Shown here: in pieces, positions 31,749 through 41,507 of the stretch | Numbering within the stretch: position 1 is the stretch's first letter | Layout: every line of letters begins with the position of its first letter | Assembly: GCA_963712115.1 (NCBI GenBank) | Contig: CAVQGX010000042.1 | Span: forward strand, 121,299-185,298 | DNA: 64,000 bases | Direction: 5' to 3' | From: an uncultured delta proteobacterium | Lineage (GTDB): Bacteria; Desulfobacterota; Syntrophobacteria; BM002 | The notes under the pieces: generated by a model | What the model saw: the letters and a program-made list of their open reading frames with translations, nothing else | The model's database searches: none | What the model was told of the DNA's origin: nothing | Program-made: the position numbers and the translations under genes

Positions 31749-32348
31749 TTATTTTTCCAACTTCTTCAACTCGAGGGCGCAGACAGATGGATCCGGTTTT
31801 TTGTTGATGTCTGACACCTGAATGAATCGGATAATTCCCTCTTTGTCGATTATAAATACGGCCCTTTCTGTAAAGCCGTCAGAACGAAACACGCCATACT
31901 CTTTAGCTACGGTTCCGTGGGGCCAGAAATCAGAAAGTACATGGAACCAAACCGTTCCCATCTCTCTGGTCCAAGCATGGAGAGTGGGGATGTTATCAAC
32001 CGTGATTCCTATGAGCACTGCATCAGTTTCATCGAAAACGTTTTTTACGATGCTGTAACCTGGAAACTGTTGCGAGCACACGGGTGTCCAAGCTGCCGGG
32101 ACAAAAGATAGCACCACATTCTTTTTCCCCAAAAACTGGCTGAGGGCAATCTTCTTCCCCGAAACTGAAGGGAGAACGAAGTCCGGAGCCGGCTCCCCTA
32201 CCTTGACCTTCAAAACGCTGTCGATTGGCTTCAATCTGCCCAGATCATAAATATCTTTTTTGGATACCTCTGAAAAAACCAAGGTGGAACCGTACAGTAA
32301 AATCATAATCACCAGTAGAACAGCACTTGATTTGGTAAAATTTTCCAC
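31749..32348 (-). CDS. Peroxiredoxin (AhpC/TSA family), probably exported
   Basis: FVPAAWTPVC peroxidatic motif (TGC Cys), LSDFWPHG, ERAVFIIDKEG. Confidence 0.85.
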   Translation of the reverse strand: MENFTKSSAVLLVIMILLYGSTLVFSEVSKKDIYDLGRLKPIDSVLKVKVGEPAPDFVLPSVSGKKIALSQFLGKKNVVLSFVPAAWTPVCSQQFPGYSIVKNVFDETDAVLIGITVDNIPTLHAWTREMGTVWFHVLSDFWPHGTVAKEYGVFRSDGFTERAVFIIDKEGIIRFIQVSDINKKPDPSVCALELKKLEK

Positions 32349-32391
32349 GTCCTATTCCTCCTCACTCGAGAGCTAAAACCTACAACCAAAG

Positions 32392-32596
32392 AATCCAGTA
32401 GCAGTAGCCAGTAGCCAGTAGTCAAAAAGAAATCACTCTTGCTTGCTTTTCTCCTAAATTCTGGACTTCTGGCTCCTATCTCCATTCTCTATGCCTTCCC
32501 ACATCCCAAATCTCAAATTCGAAATTCGAAATTCGCAATTACTTCCCTATGCCCCGTGCCCTATGCCTTGCCATCCCAATCCGCAATCCGCAATCT
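32392..32596. repeat. Intergenic repeat mosaic
   Basis: gtagcca units ... ctggacttctggct, aaattcg units, ccctatgcc, aatccgc units. Confidence 0.8.
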
Positions 32597-33054
32597 CAAA
32601 CCCCCTCTTCCGGCTCAAATTTACATACTTTTGCAGAATCCAGGCACAATACTCGGCAAATCTCATCAACCACCTTTTGCTCCGGTTCACTAAAATTGCC
32701 ATCTGCTTTGGCAATGAGGATGCAGGCACGAACAAGAAGGGCAGCCTTTTCCTGGTCCCCTGAAAATTTAGCAACAGTCTTTAACACCTTTTCTCTTGCT
32801 TTATTAAAATCCTCTTGTACCTCTTGGCTGTATTCTCGGAAGAGATTGACCGCCTGATGGACATCAAATACTTTGAGCTCTTTTACATTTTCCAAAATGA
32901 AGTCTAGCGCCAGCCGATGCGAGAGCACGATCTCTTTATCTGCAAGGGCCAAAAGAGCCGTGGCTCCCATCATGGCCTCTAGAAAAGGCTTGTTTCGATG
33001 TCGTTTGACTTTTTCGGCAATTGATGCCCTCGCAGCACGGAAGATACTGCTCAT
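32596..33054 (-). CDS. TerB-family (tellurite resistance-like) protein
   Basis: ALLALADKEI, IAKADGNFSEPEQKVVDEICRVL. Confidence 0.75.
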   Translation of the reverse strand: MSSIFRAARASIAEKVKRHRNKPFLEAMMGATALLALADKEIVLSHRLALDFILENVKELKVFDVHQAVNLFREYSQEVQEDFNKAREKVLKTVAKFSGDQEKAALLVRACILIAKADGNFSEPEQKVVDEICRVLCLDSAKVCKFEPEEGV

Positions 33055-33184
33055 GCTTTTCCCCTTGTTTTAGGTCTACCGAAGCTAAACAACCGGTCCT
33101 GTTTCAGGCCGTGATGGTTATAAAAATAAGGTCGAGAGGTCGCAACTGTCAACAATTAGGTTATCTTTTCCTTTCCTTTAGCCC

Positions 33185-33943
33185 TTGACCTCCAGGGGCC
33201 ACTTGGTTTACCAAGATGCAATGACAAACGGTGAGATGAGACGAAGGGCATGTAAATGGACGATCAGACTTGTGTACCTTTTAGTCGGTGGTGTTTCAAG
33301 AGGAAGGTTTCTGACCCTCCTCGTTTTAATCCTTGCCATGCTCATTGTCGCTCCTCTAGCGGAAGAGTTCGTGCGTCTTCGCATGCTTATGGACATTTTC
33401 TGGTCTGCTATCTTTATAGCCATCATCTATGCTGTGAGCCACAAAAAACATCACATCCTTATTGCCCTGCTCCTCGCGCTGCCAATGCTCGGATCAATAT
33501 GGTCCAGCTACTTTGTGGAGCTTTCGGCTGTGGTGGTGGTAGGTGCCCTTTGTGGGGCTGCTTTTTTTATTTTTGCCATTATTCAGATACTGATCTTTAT
33601 ATACAGCCAGAAAGAGGTGACCAGGGATCTCATAGTCGGCGCAGCTATCGTTTATTTGCTCATGGCACTGGCGTGGAGTTTTATTTTTGGGGCTGTGGAG
33701 TCACTGCACCCCGGTTCATTTTCAATCCCAGAAATTCAGGGTATTTCAACCAGCCGCAACTTTCTCTACTACAGTTTCGTCACTATAACCACTCTGGGTT
33801 ACGGCGATATTACCCCTGTTAGCAGCCTGGCCAGATCCTTGTGCATTCTCGAAGCAGTTATCGGCCAACTTTATCTGGTGGTCCAGGTCGCCTGGTTGGT
33901 GGGAGTGCATGTTTCACAATCAATGCTGAAGAAATCGGATTAG
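33185..33943 (+). CDS. Potassium channel family protein
   Basis: YYSFVTITTLGYGDITP selectivity filter; start uncertain. Confidence 0.85.
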   Translation: MTSRGHLVYQDAMTNGEMRRRACKWTIRLVYLLVGGVSRGRFLTLLVLILAMLIVAPLAEEFVRLRMLMDIFWSAIFIAIIYAVSHKKHHILIALLLALPMLGSIWSSYFVELSAVVVVGALCGAAFFIFAIIQILIFIYSQKEVTRDLIVGAAIVYLLMALAWSFIFGAVESLHPGSFSIPEIQGISTSRNFLYYSFVTITTLGYGDITPVSSLARSLCILEAVIGQLYLVVQVAWLVGVHVSQSMLKKSD

Positions 33944-33949
33944 TAGGAG

Positions 33950-34020
33950 GGATCAGGGGTCAGAGGATAGATGACAGAGGTCGGAAGTCAGAGATCAGAG
34001 GTCAGAGATCAGAGGTCGCT
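33950..34020. repeat. GAGGTCA/GATCAGA heptamer array
   Basis: agaggtcggaagtcagagatcagaggtcagagatcagagg; overlaps the end of the TPR gene. Confidence 0.75.
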
Positions 34021-35055
34021 GACGCTTACGGAAGTCAGAGATGAGGATTTTTGTGTCGCCTTCTGTAGGCTTGCTGCACGGTCCCTAAATTTTATTACTT
34101 TATTTGCGGATTCAGGATCGATCTCGAGCACTCTGTCAAAATCTGAGAGGGCCCCAGTGTAATCGCCCAGATGCTCCTTAACTTTTCCACGTCGGAAATA
34201 TGCATCTACATATTCTGAATTCAGTTCAATTGCTCTGTTAAAGTCTTCAATGGCTCCGGTGAGGTCCCCAAAATTCTCCCTGGCTATCCCACGATTACAA
34301 TGTGCTTCAACAAATTGCCCATTCAAGCCAATTGCTCTGTTGTAGTCTGCCATTGCCCCGTCATAATCCCTTTGCTTTGACTTTATGTTGCCCCTATTAT
34401 TGTAAGCGTTAGCATATTCCGGGTTTACTTCGATTGCCTTTTCATAGTCTTCTCCTGCCTTTTCCAAATTATCAGCTCTCTCCCATGCCATTCCACGACT
34501 GTTCAAGACATTCGCTACAAGCTTAATAGGAGGGTACTCCAGAAATTCTTCTTCTTTGATAGAGCAATCAAAACCCAGGGGATCGGTGTTGTCTATGTCA
34601 GAAAAATTGCTGCTATCTATTCTCAATCTATTTACAATGTGACTGTCGCTCACCAGTATTGTGAGATTCAGACCTTCTCTTAATCCCAAGACCGTGTACA
34701 GAGATGTTAGCCCAACACATGAACCAACCTTTTGATTTACATCAGTGTTCAATTGGGCATCGATTACATCGGCTAATAAGAAATTACTGTTACATCTCCT
34801 TGGTTTGGTGTTCCACAGATACTCAAACAACCACTTGGCCACAGACGTGGTCATATAGTTCCGTGTCGACGCCAGACTTAAAGGACTCTTTGACCTTAGC
34901 CTCTCAATAAACCCATTATAAATCTGATCCAGTTTTTGGGTGTATGTTTCAATCTCTCCCTCTGTTTGCAACCCGGAGATTATTAGCAGGGTTCTCTCCA
35001 GAGAGGCACTTTTTCCGGCTTTGATATCTTGAATAAGTTTTTCTTCGAGATGCAT
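34009..35055 (-). CDS. TPR protein with transglutaminase-like N-terminal domain
   Basis: GSCVGLTSLY...SH; AYNNRG-type TPR repeats. Confidence 0.8.
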   Translation of the reverse strand: MHLEEKLIQDIKAGKSASLERTLLIISGLQTEGEIETYTQKLDQIYNGFIERLRSKSPLSLASTRNYMTTSVAKWLFEYLWNTKPRRCNSNFLLADVIDAQLNTDVNQKVGSCVGLTSLYTVLGLREGLNLTILVSDSHIVNRLRIDSSNFSDIDNTDPLGFDCSIKEEEFLEYPPIKLVANVLNSRGMAWERADNLEKAGEDYEKAIEVNPEYANAYNNRGNIKSKQRDYDGAMADYNRAIGLNGQFVEAHCNRGIARENFGDLTGAIEDFNRAIELNSEYVDAYFRRGKVKEHLGDYTGALSDFDRVLEIDPESANKVIKFRDRAASLQKATQKSSSLTSVSVSDL

Positions 35056-35202
35056 GGTTGTCGCTGTGTTCGCCTCTCACTTTTTGCTTGACCGTAGCAC
35101 ACAATGCTTGGGAAGGTCAAAAAGTCCAAAATCTCAAATCTCACATCCCAAATCCGCAATCCGCAACCTAAAATCTCAAATCTACAATCTGCCTTCTGAC
35201 CT

Positions 35203-35374
35203 CCGACCTCTGACCCCTACCAATTACAACAAATGACAGCGCAGCGTAATGACCTAATGACGCCGAAGGCTAATGACAGAGTAGCCTGATCATGGCAAGG
35301 TCAACTTGAGCGAACCGCGGCTGCCTGCTGTCAGTTGCCTCCTGCCGGCTGTCTTACCCCCATGCTCTATGCCT
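35203..35374 (+). repeat. 172-bp dispersed element, copy 1
   Basis: Identical by eye to 44161-44332; reverse-complement copy at 50902-51063. Confidence 0.9.
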
Positions 35375-35609
35375 CCCCAAATCCCAAATCCGAAATCCGA
35401 AGTCCCAAATCATAAACCTTCCCTCTGCGCTCTCCGCGCTCTCCGCGGTAAATGATTATCTTGCCTGAAAGGACATTTATTATTACTATTGCCTTTGGGG
35501 GGCTCGTGCTAGATAATGACTTTGATTCAATGAGCTTTCAACCTCCGAAGAGGTTGGAGGAGAAGTGATAACTGCTGCTTTCTCCGGGTGGTGCTAAAGG
35601 AGATTCAGA

Positions 35610-36252
35610 ATGAATAGGTGTATGTTCTTTTCCATTCTGGTTGCAATTGTGTTGCTGTTTCCCAATAATGCCTCAGCGGACAAGGCTCCCCGTAAAATAG
35701 CAGGGACTTACCCTGGGAGAGCAGATTTCCATGTTTGTCGACCTTGTACAAATGGAGACCTCCATAGTACTCCGTGATCGACAGTATTTGCGCGAAGTAA
35801 ATATTCGGGAAATCGACGGCTATAAAAGCGGCACCGTGGACTTTGGCAACTGTTCCAAGCCGGGGCAGATTGTTCGGATCAAGTTAAAATATGAATACGA
35901 GGACAAGAATTTTTACGATGAACTTCTGGAAAAATTCAACAAGAAGTTTGGAGAACCTGATGAGTGGCGTGGCGACCCCTTTCACGTCATCATAGCCTGG
36001 AAATGGTCTTTCAGGGATGAGAACGGCAACAGCATCAGTCTGATCCTCCAGCACAGCAGGGACGAGGAATATAAGTGGGGAAACTCGATTAAGTTGACAA
36101 ACACCACCCTAATTGAACAAGAACGTCTATGTTACGAGAAGAGGAATCAGGAGGAAGGAGGTAGCAAAGAGAGCAAGTCCGCCTCCAAAGAGGCGCAAGC
36201 TGTCAGAAAAAGATTATCAACTTTTTATTCCCCAGTAAAATGTCTAAAATGA
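35610..36252 (+). pseudogene. Exported hypothetical protein, frameshifted (possibly sequencing error)
   Basis: Signal peptide from ATG 35610 (AAGGAG RBS) shifts frame at GCAGGGACT ~35705 into ORF 35731-36252; probable second shift near 36190. Confidence 0.65.
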
Positions 36253-36595
36253 ACTAAAATGTGCTAAAGTGCCTAAAATTAAGGACTTAAGAGCTTTCAA
36301 AATAATCTCGCAAATAGCGATCTTATTCCCAAAATCCGCTTTGCTCCTGGCGCGATTCGCTTCGCGGTAATTTGCACCAACAGAAGTACCTGATTTCGTC
36401 ATTTGAGTCCTCACTGCCCTCCCTTTTGGTGTATTCGGCAGAGACGACGAAAGACGAACAATGTCAATTGCAAATTGCTTCGTCCGCTCCTCCAACTCCT
36501 TTGCAAACTTCTTAATATTCCTCGCCATTAGCCCCTACTCTTTAGCTCATTTTAGACACTTTAGACACTTTAGGCATTTTAGGCATTTTAGATAC
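36237..36595 (-). mobile_element. Four-helix-bundle cassette 2 with inverted 9-mer tandem arms
   Basis: Left arm aaatgtctaaaatgaactaaaatgtgctaaagtgcctaaa; right arm tttagacactttagacactttaggcattttaggcattttag; ORF between them. Confidence 0.7.
36244..36528 (-). pseudogene. Four-helix-bundle (23S rRNA IVS / Avd-like) protein, 3' part deleted
   Basis: LEERTKQFA...QMTKSGTSVGANYREANRARSKADF.NKIAICE, then runs into flank DNA. Confidence 0.85.
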
Positions 36596-36596
36596 T

Positions 36597-38016
36597 TCAC
36601 ATCAACGCCCTGGCGGCGGCTCGGGCAAGCTCTAGCAGGTATTGGGGAAATACCCCAAGGACCAGCATTGCCGTTACCAGTGCTCCCGTGAGCATTTTGG
36701 TGGGAATGGACACTTGCAGGCGGGGCAAAGATTGATCCGACTCCAGGAGGTAGGCGGCTCTCACTACCAGAATGTAGTAGTAGAGAGAGATCACCACATT
36801 GATCATGGCGATGAGCACCAGGGTGAAATAACCCTTCTTCATGGCAGCGGCAAAGACAAGGAATTTACCGGTGAAGCCAATGGTCGGCGGAATACCGGCC
36901 AGACCAAAAACTCCCAGCATCAGAGCCATGGCCAGCATGGGGGAGCGACGATGTAACCCGGCCAGTTGGGCGATCTTCAGATCGCTGCCGTCATAGGCCA
37001 CTTTGACCACCACCAAGAAGCAGGTGAACTTCATTATCAGATATGCCACGGCATAAAAGATGGCGCCGGCATATCCACTCTGATTCATGCTGAGAATCCC
37101 GATAAGGACGTAGCCGGCGTGGGAGATACTGGAGTAGGCCAGCAACCGTCTTCATGTCTTTCTGCACGATTGCCACTAGATTTCCCAGAGTCATGGAAGC
37201 GATGGAGAGAGTAACCAGTACGTGAACAAGATAGATGCTGCTGCCGCTGCTTAGGGCAACCATTCGGGTGAGGATAGCCACTGCCGCCACCTTCGAGGCT
37301 GTGGCAATGTAAGCGGTGACCTGATTTGCTGCTCCTTGGTAGGCGTCAGGAGCCCAAAAGTGAAAGGGGAAAACGGCTAGCTTAAAGAAAAACCCGCACA
37401 AGGTAAGGAGCAGGCCGATTATGGCGGCGGGCCTTCCTATGACGGAGGGAAGTACTGTTATAATCTCAGCCACATAAGTGGTGTGAACAACACCATAGAG
37501 AGAGGCTATGCCAAATAGCATCACCGCAGAAGTAAAGGCTCCCACCAGAAAGTACTTGATACCCGACTCCACATGAACTCCGTAGCCCTTCCGGAGTGGA
37601 ACCAGAAGGTAAAGGGAGTAACTGGAGAGTTCCAGGGCCACGTAGATCGTCAGCAACTCGACACTGCTGACCAGCAGCATCATGGCCAAGGTGCAGGTGG
37701 TCATTAGAAGGTAGAATTCTGGATGGTGGTTCTCCTGAATCCCCTTGAGTTCAGAGCAGATGCAGATTACCAGGAAAAAACCTGTGGCTAGGACGAGTTT
37801 GAAGACCTGAGAAAATAGGTCCACCCGATAGACATTAAAGAATAGAGTTCCCTCCAGCTTGACTGAGGCCAGACAAACCACCACGCCTACAGTGGCCAGA
37901 AGGAGAGCGATGAAAAAATCCCTTTTGGGATTGGACTGCAACACCATAGCCAGGCAGAGGAATACACCTATCATCAACATGAAATACAGTTCAGGTATGA
38001 ACAAGCCCCATTGCAT
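36597..38016 (-). CDS. nuoN: NADH-quinone oxidoreductase subunit N (one frameshift near 37149)
   Basis: [30 protein letters not shown], then [22 protein letters not shown]; removing one base restores DMKRLLAYSS. Confidence 0.88.
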
Positions 38017-38037
38017 AGGTGCAATCCACTACTGGGT

Positions 38038-38592
38038 AAAATGTCTAAAGTGCCTAAAGTTATTTTGCAGTGCCTAAAATGTTCTAAAATGTGCAAAAAT
38101 GCCTAAAATTAAGGACTTAAGAGCTTTCAAAATAATCTCGCAAATGTCAGTCAAAGCCACGTTCCTATTTTTTTCCGATAGAAGTGAAAATAGCCAGTAG
38201 TTCACTACATTCATCATAATGAGGCTGCAATTCATCCCAGGACTTCCATCCTACTCCTGCAATTACTTCTAGCCATTACTGAGTTTCACTAGCCTCACTT
38301 TCGCAAATAGCAATCTTGTTCCTAAAATCCGCTTTGCTTCTGGCCCGGTTAGCTTCACGGTAATTGGCCCCAACAGATGTCCCTGCCTTGGTTAATTGAG
38401 TTCTAATGGTCCTTCCTTCCGGCGTATTTGGCAAACTCGATGAAAGACGGATGATATCGATTGCAAATTGCTTGGTTCGCTTCTCTAACTCCTTTGCAAA
38501 CTTCTTAATATCTCTCGTCACAATCTGACGCCTTTATCTCGTTATAGACACTTTAGACATTTTAGACACTTTAGTTCATTTTAGGCATTTGA
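38038..38592 (-). mobile_element. Four-helix-bundle cassette 1 with inverted 9-mer tandem arms
   Basis: Left arm aaatgtctaaagtgcctaaa...tgcctaaaatgttctaaaatg; right arm tagacactttagacattttagacactttagttcattttaggcattt. Confidence 0.7.
38165..38521 (-). pseudogene. Four-helix-bundle (23S rRNA IVS / Avd-like) protein with one internal TAA
   Basis: 118 codons: ...GTSVGANYREANRARSKADFRNKIAICESEASETQ*WLEVIAGVGWKSWDELQPHYDECSELLAIFTSIGKK; TAA at 38276-38278 where Tyr (ETxYWL) is expected. Confidence 0.88.
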
Positions 38593-38606
38593 AATGCCGG
38601 TGGCCA

Positions 38607-38912
38607 TCACCACTTCAGGATGTTGTAAGTGTCCGGATCCAGTGAGCCTGTCCGTCTATAGGCATATATAATCAATGCCAGCCCCACAGACACTTCGGCT
38701 GCTGCTATGGCAAAGATGAACAATACAAACACCTGTCCCTCCAACTGCTGCCAGCGCAGTGAAGCGGCAACGAAGGCAAGCCCGGCCGAGTTCAGCATGA
38801 TTTCCACACCGATGAGCATCATAATCAAATTACGCCGAGCCACAGCGCATACCACCCCCATGGCGAAAAGAATCCCCGCAAAAAAAAGGACATGACTGTA
38901 CGGCACTATCAT
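38607..38912 (-). CDS. nuoK: NADH-quinone oxidoreductase subunit K
   Basis: RRNLIMMLIGVEIMLN, GQVF, AAAEVSVGLAL. Confidence 0.94.
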   Translation of the reverse strand: MIVPYSHVLFFAGILFAMGVVCAVARRNLIMMLIGVEIMLNSAGLAFVAASLRWQQLEGQVFVLFIFAIAAAEVSVGLALIIYAYRRTGSLDPDTYNILKW

Positions 38913-39436
38913 TTTTCGACCTCTTTTTCACGCCCGGTATCTTTAGCGAAGGCTTTTCCCAGATACAAGGCTCCAACCAGCGCTATAAGCAGCAGGAAAG
39001 ATACTATCTCAACTGAGAGCCAATATTTTTGAAAGAGAAATTGGCCAAATACTCTTGGCTTTGCCACCGCTGTTTCCAGTATGGTCCGGCTACCCGGATC
39101 TTGGGTCACCACAAGAATGGCAATAACTACATAAATCAGGCCCAGAACACCAGCGGGAAGCCAGTGTCTAAGTGAGGGGGGGCGGAGAGTTGAAGGATCC
39201 ACCCGGAGCATCATGATGATGAAAAGGAAGAGGACCATTATTGCCCCAGCATAAATGATGATTTCTAAAGCGGCCAGGAGTGGAGCTCCGAAAAGGTAAT
39301 AGAGCATGGCGCTGCCAAAAAAGGAGATGATCAAATAGACTATGGCGTGCACAAGATTTCGCCGGGTAATGGCCAGGCCGGTGGAAACGAGAATGACACC
39401 GGCAAGTACATAAAAGATGACAGCATAAAGGGTCAT
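38909..39436 (-). CDS. nuoJ: NADH-quinone oxidoreductase subunit J
   Basis: IYAGAIMVLFLFIIMML, EIVSFLLLIALVGA. Confidence 0.94.
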   Translation of the reverse strand: MTLYAVIFYVLAGVILVSTGLAITRRNLVHAIVYLIISFFGSAMLYYLFGAPLLAALEIIIYAGAIMVLFLFIIMMLRVDPSTLRPPSLRHWLPAGVLGLIYVVIAILVVTQDPGSRTILETAVAKPRVFGQFLFQKYWLSVEIVSFLLLIALVGALYLGKAFAKDTGREKEVEK

Positions 39437-39512
39437 GTTTTACCTTTGGAACGTTGTACTGGGAAAGGTCACCAGTCTGCAGCGGTCAACGAGTCCCGTG
39501 CCACAGGCATGG

Positions 39513-39685
39513 AATGTCTAAAATGAACTAAAGTGTCTAAAATGCCTAAAATGATCTAAAATCCGAAAGCCGCAATCCGACATCTGTCTTCTGTCCTCTG
39601 ATCTCTGATTTCCGACCTCTGACCTCTGACTCCTGCCTCCAACCTAAAGCGTAGCGTTCCTCCAACCGCGACTGCCTGCTGTCTC
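39513..39685. repeat. Intergenic repeat mosaic
   Basis: 9-mer array, aatccg units, tctgacc units, and a 36-bp block that is the reverse complement of 31558-31593 (1 mismatch). Confidence 0.8.
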
Positions 39686-39696
39686 GAGGCTAACTC

Positions 39697-40233
39697 CTAC
39701 GGCATATTGCTCTTGATGTTAACGGGTTTGTCCTCTTTGATATGGGTACCTTTGTCACCTACTTCGGTTACCACCCCGGCGTAACGATAGAAGTTGTACT
39801 CTTTATCCTTGCCACCGTGGTCAACCAGAAGGTCTTCCTTTTCGTAGACCAGTTTCAAAATGTCGCGCTCGCAGGTTTCGAAATGGGGCGTCAACTGGAT
39901 GGCCGAGGTGGGACAGGCTTCCTCGCAAAGTCCGCAATAGATACAGCGGGCGAAATTAATTCGAAACCAACGGGCATAGCGACGCCCATCTTCTCTTTCG
40001 GCAGATTGCATTGAAATGCAGCTGACCGGGCACGCAGCCGAGCACAGATAACAGGCGACACAACGTTCCTCTCCATCCGGATCGCGGGTCAGGATGATTA
40101 CTGCCCTGGCTCGCTCTGGTAAGACCCTTTTGTATTCCGGGTATTCTTCCGTAATGGGTTTACGAAAGAGATGCTTGAAGGTGGTGGCAAACCCAGTGAA
40201 AATGGCCACTATGCCTTCTAAAGCGGTTTTCAT
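39697..40233 (-). CDS. nuoI: NADH-quinone oxidoreductase subunit I
   Basis: CVACYLCSAACP and CIYCGLCEEACP. Confidence 0.95.
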   Translation of the reverse strand: MKTALEGIVAIFTGFATTFKHLFRKPITEEYPEYKRVLPERARAVIILTRDPDGEERCVACYLCSAACPVSCISMQSAEREDGRRYARWFRINFARCIYCGLCEEACPTSAIQLTPHFETCERDILKLVYEKEDLLVDHGGKDKEYNFYRYAGVVTEVGDKGTHIKEDKPVNIKSNMP

Positions 40234-40326
40234 CAGGCTCTAACTCTCCTCTTCACTGATACCATTTGCCTTTTCGCTATGCGCTCTGCGCTTTGCGAAT
40301 GCTTGACAAATCCCACATCCCATATC

Positions 40327-41310
40327 TCACATTAATAGTACTGCTCCAGTTACCACTATGTTTATTAACGCCACAGGTACCAGAACCTTCCAGCCCAGGT
40401 GCATGAGTTGATCATAGCGTAGCCGTGGCAGGGTGCCTCTCACCCAAATCATGAGAAGGGCAATGGCCAGAACCTTAATCAAGAACCAAACCACCGGCGG
40501 CAGTAAGGGACCATGCCAGCCTCCTAAGAAAAACACGGCTACCAGAGCGCCCAGAACCTGAAGGTTGACATATTCACCAAGAAAGAACAGGCCGAAACGC
40601 ATACCGCTATATTCAGTATGGTACCCGGCGCCCAACTCATTTTCCGCCTCAGGGAGATCAAATGGAATGCGTTTTGTTTCAGCCACAGCGCTGATCAAGA
40701 AAATTATGAATGAAATCGGTTGTACTAGAATAAAGGGATAATCAGCCTGGGCCCGAACAATATCCACCAAGCTGAAGGAGCGGGCCAGCATGACTATGGG
40801 TACGAGTGAAAGGCCCAAAGAGAGTTCGTAGCTGATCATCTGGGCCGCGCCCCGAATACCTCCCAAAAGACTGTACTTCGAGTTTGAGGCCCAGCCTCCC
40901 AAGGCAACTCCGTAAACACCCAGTGATGCCAGGGCAAAAACATAAAGCAGTCCCACGTTCAAATCTGTTATCACCATGGGGATATTTTTCCCCAAAAGGG
41001 TTATGCTGGCTCCAAAAGGTACCACTGCAAAGATGAGTAGCGCCTCAATGGCAACCACTGCCGGAGCCAAAAGAAAAATGACCCTGTCGGCTTCTGCGGG
41101 CACAATATCTTCTTTGGTCAACATCTTGATCGTGTCGGCAAAGGGCTGCAGCAGTCCGTACTTGCCGGCACGGTTGGGGCCGTAGCGGATCTGTAACCGT
41201 CCCAGAAACTTCCGCTCCACAAGCACCAGGTAGGCGGCCAGCAGCAAAAGACCGACAAGCACCACCCCCAGTTTAACGATCAGGATTATGAATCCGAGTA
41301 TCCAATCCAT
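40327..41310 (-). CDS. nuoH: NADH-quinone oxidoreductase subunit H
   Basis: ERK..GRLQIRYGPNR, AQMISYE, PFDLPEAENEL, PRLRYDQLM. Confidence 0.96.
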   Translation of the reverse strand: MDWILGFIILIVKLGVVLVGLLLLAAYLVLVERKFLGRLQIRYGPNRAGKYGLLQPFADTIKMLTKEDIVPAEADRVIFLLAPAVVAIEALLIFAVVPFGASITLLGKNIPMVITDLNVGLLYVFALASLGVYGVALGGWASNSKYSLLGGIRGAAQMISYELSLGLSLVPIVMLARSFSLVDIVRAQADYPFILVQPISFIIFLISAVAETKRIPFDLPEAENELGAGYHTEYSGMRFGLFFLGEYVNLQVLGALVAVFFLGGWHGPLLPPVVWFLIKVLAIALLMIWVRGTLPRLRYDQLMHLGWKVLVPVALINIVVTGAVLLM

Positions 41311-41329
41311 TAAGTTTACTCACATGTTT

Positions 41330-41475
41330 GGTGGGCACCACCCACCGATAGATTTTCCCTGGCTCGTGTTAGATCTGTGGAGTATTGGAGTGTTGGAGTG
41401 TTGAGGAATGCCTCTAAGACATTGTATTTCTTCGCTTCTTCCATTACTCCATTACTCCAGTACTCCATTACTCCG
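41330..41475. repeat. REP-like GGTGGGCACCACCCACC plus GGAGTATT/TACTCCAT hairpin
   Basis: ggagtattggagtgttggagt ... ccattactccattactccagtactccattactcc. Confidence 0.8.
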
Positions 41476-41507
41476 GGGTTTTTACGTTTGCTGCCAACCT
41501 CACATGA

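Noticed and set aside
31749-32348. Peroxiredoxin as a selenoprotein
   Set aside because: The active-site codon is TGC (Cys)
36461-36691. ORFs containing FRHFRHFRH or CLKCLK repeats (also 37859-38077, 45342-45818)
   Set aside because: Translations of the 9-bp non-coding arrays, not credible proteins
36237-38592. Diversity-generating retroelement suggested by Avd-like proteins
   Set aside because: No reverse transcriptase and no TR/VR pair with adenine-specific mismatches in the window
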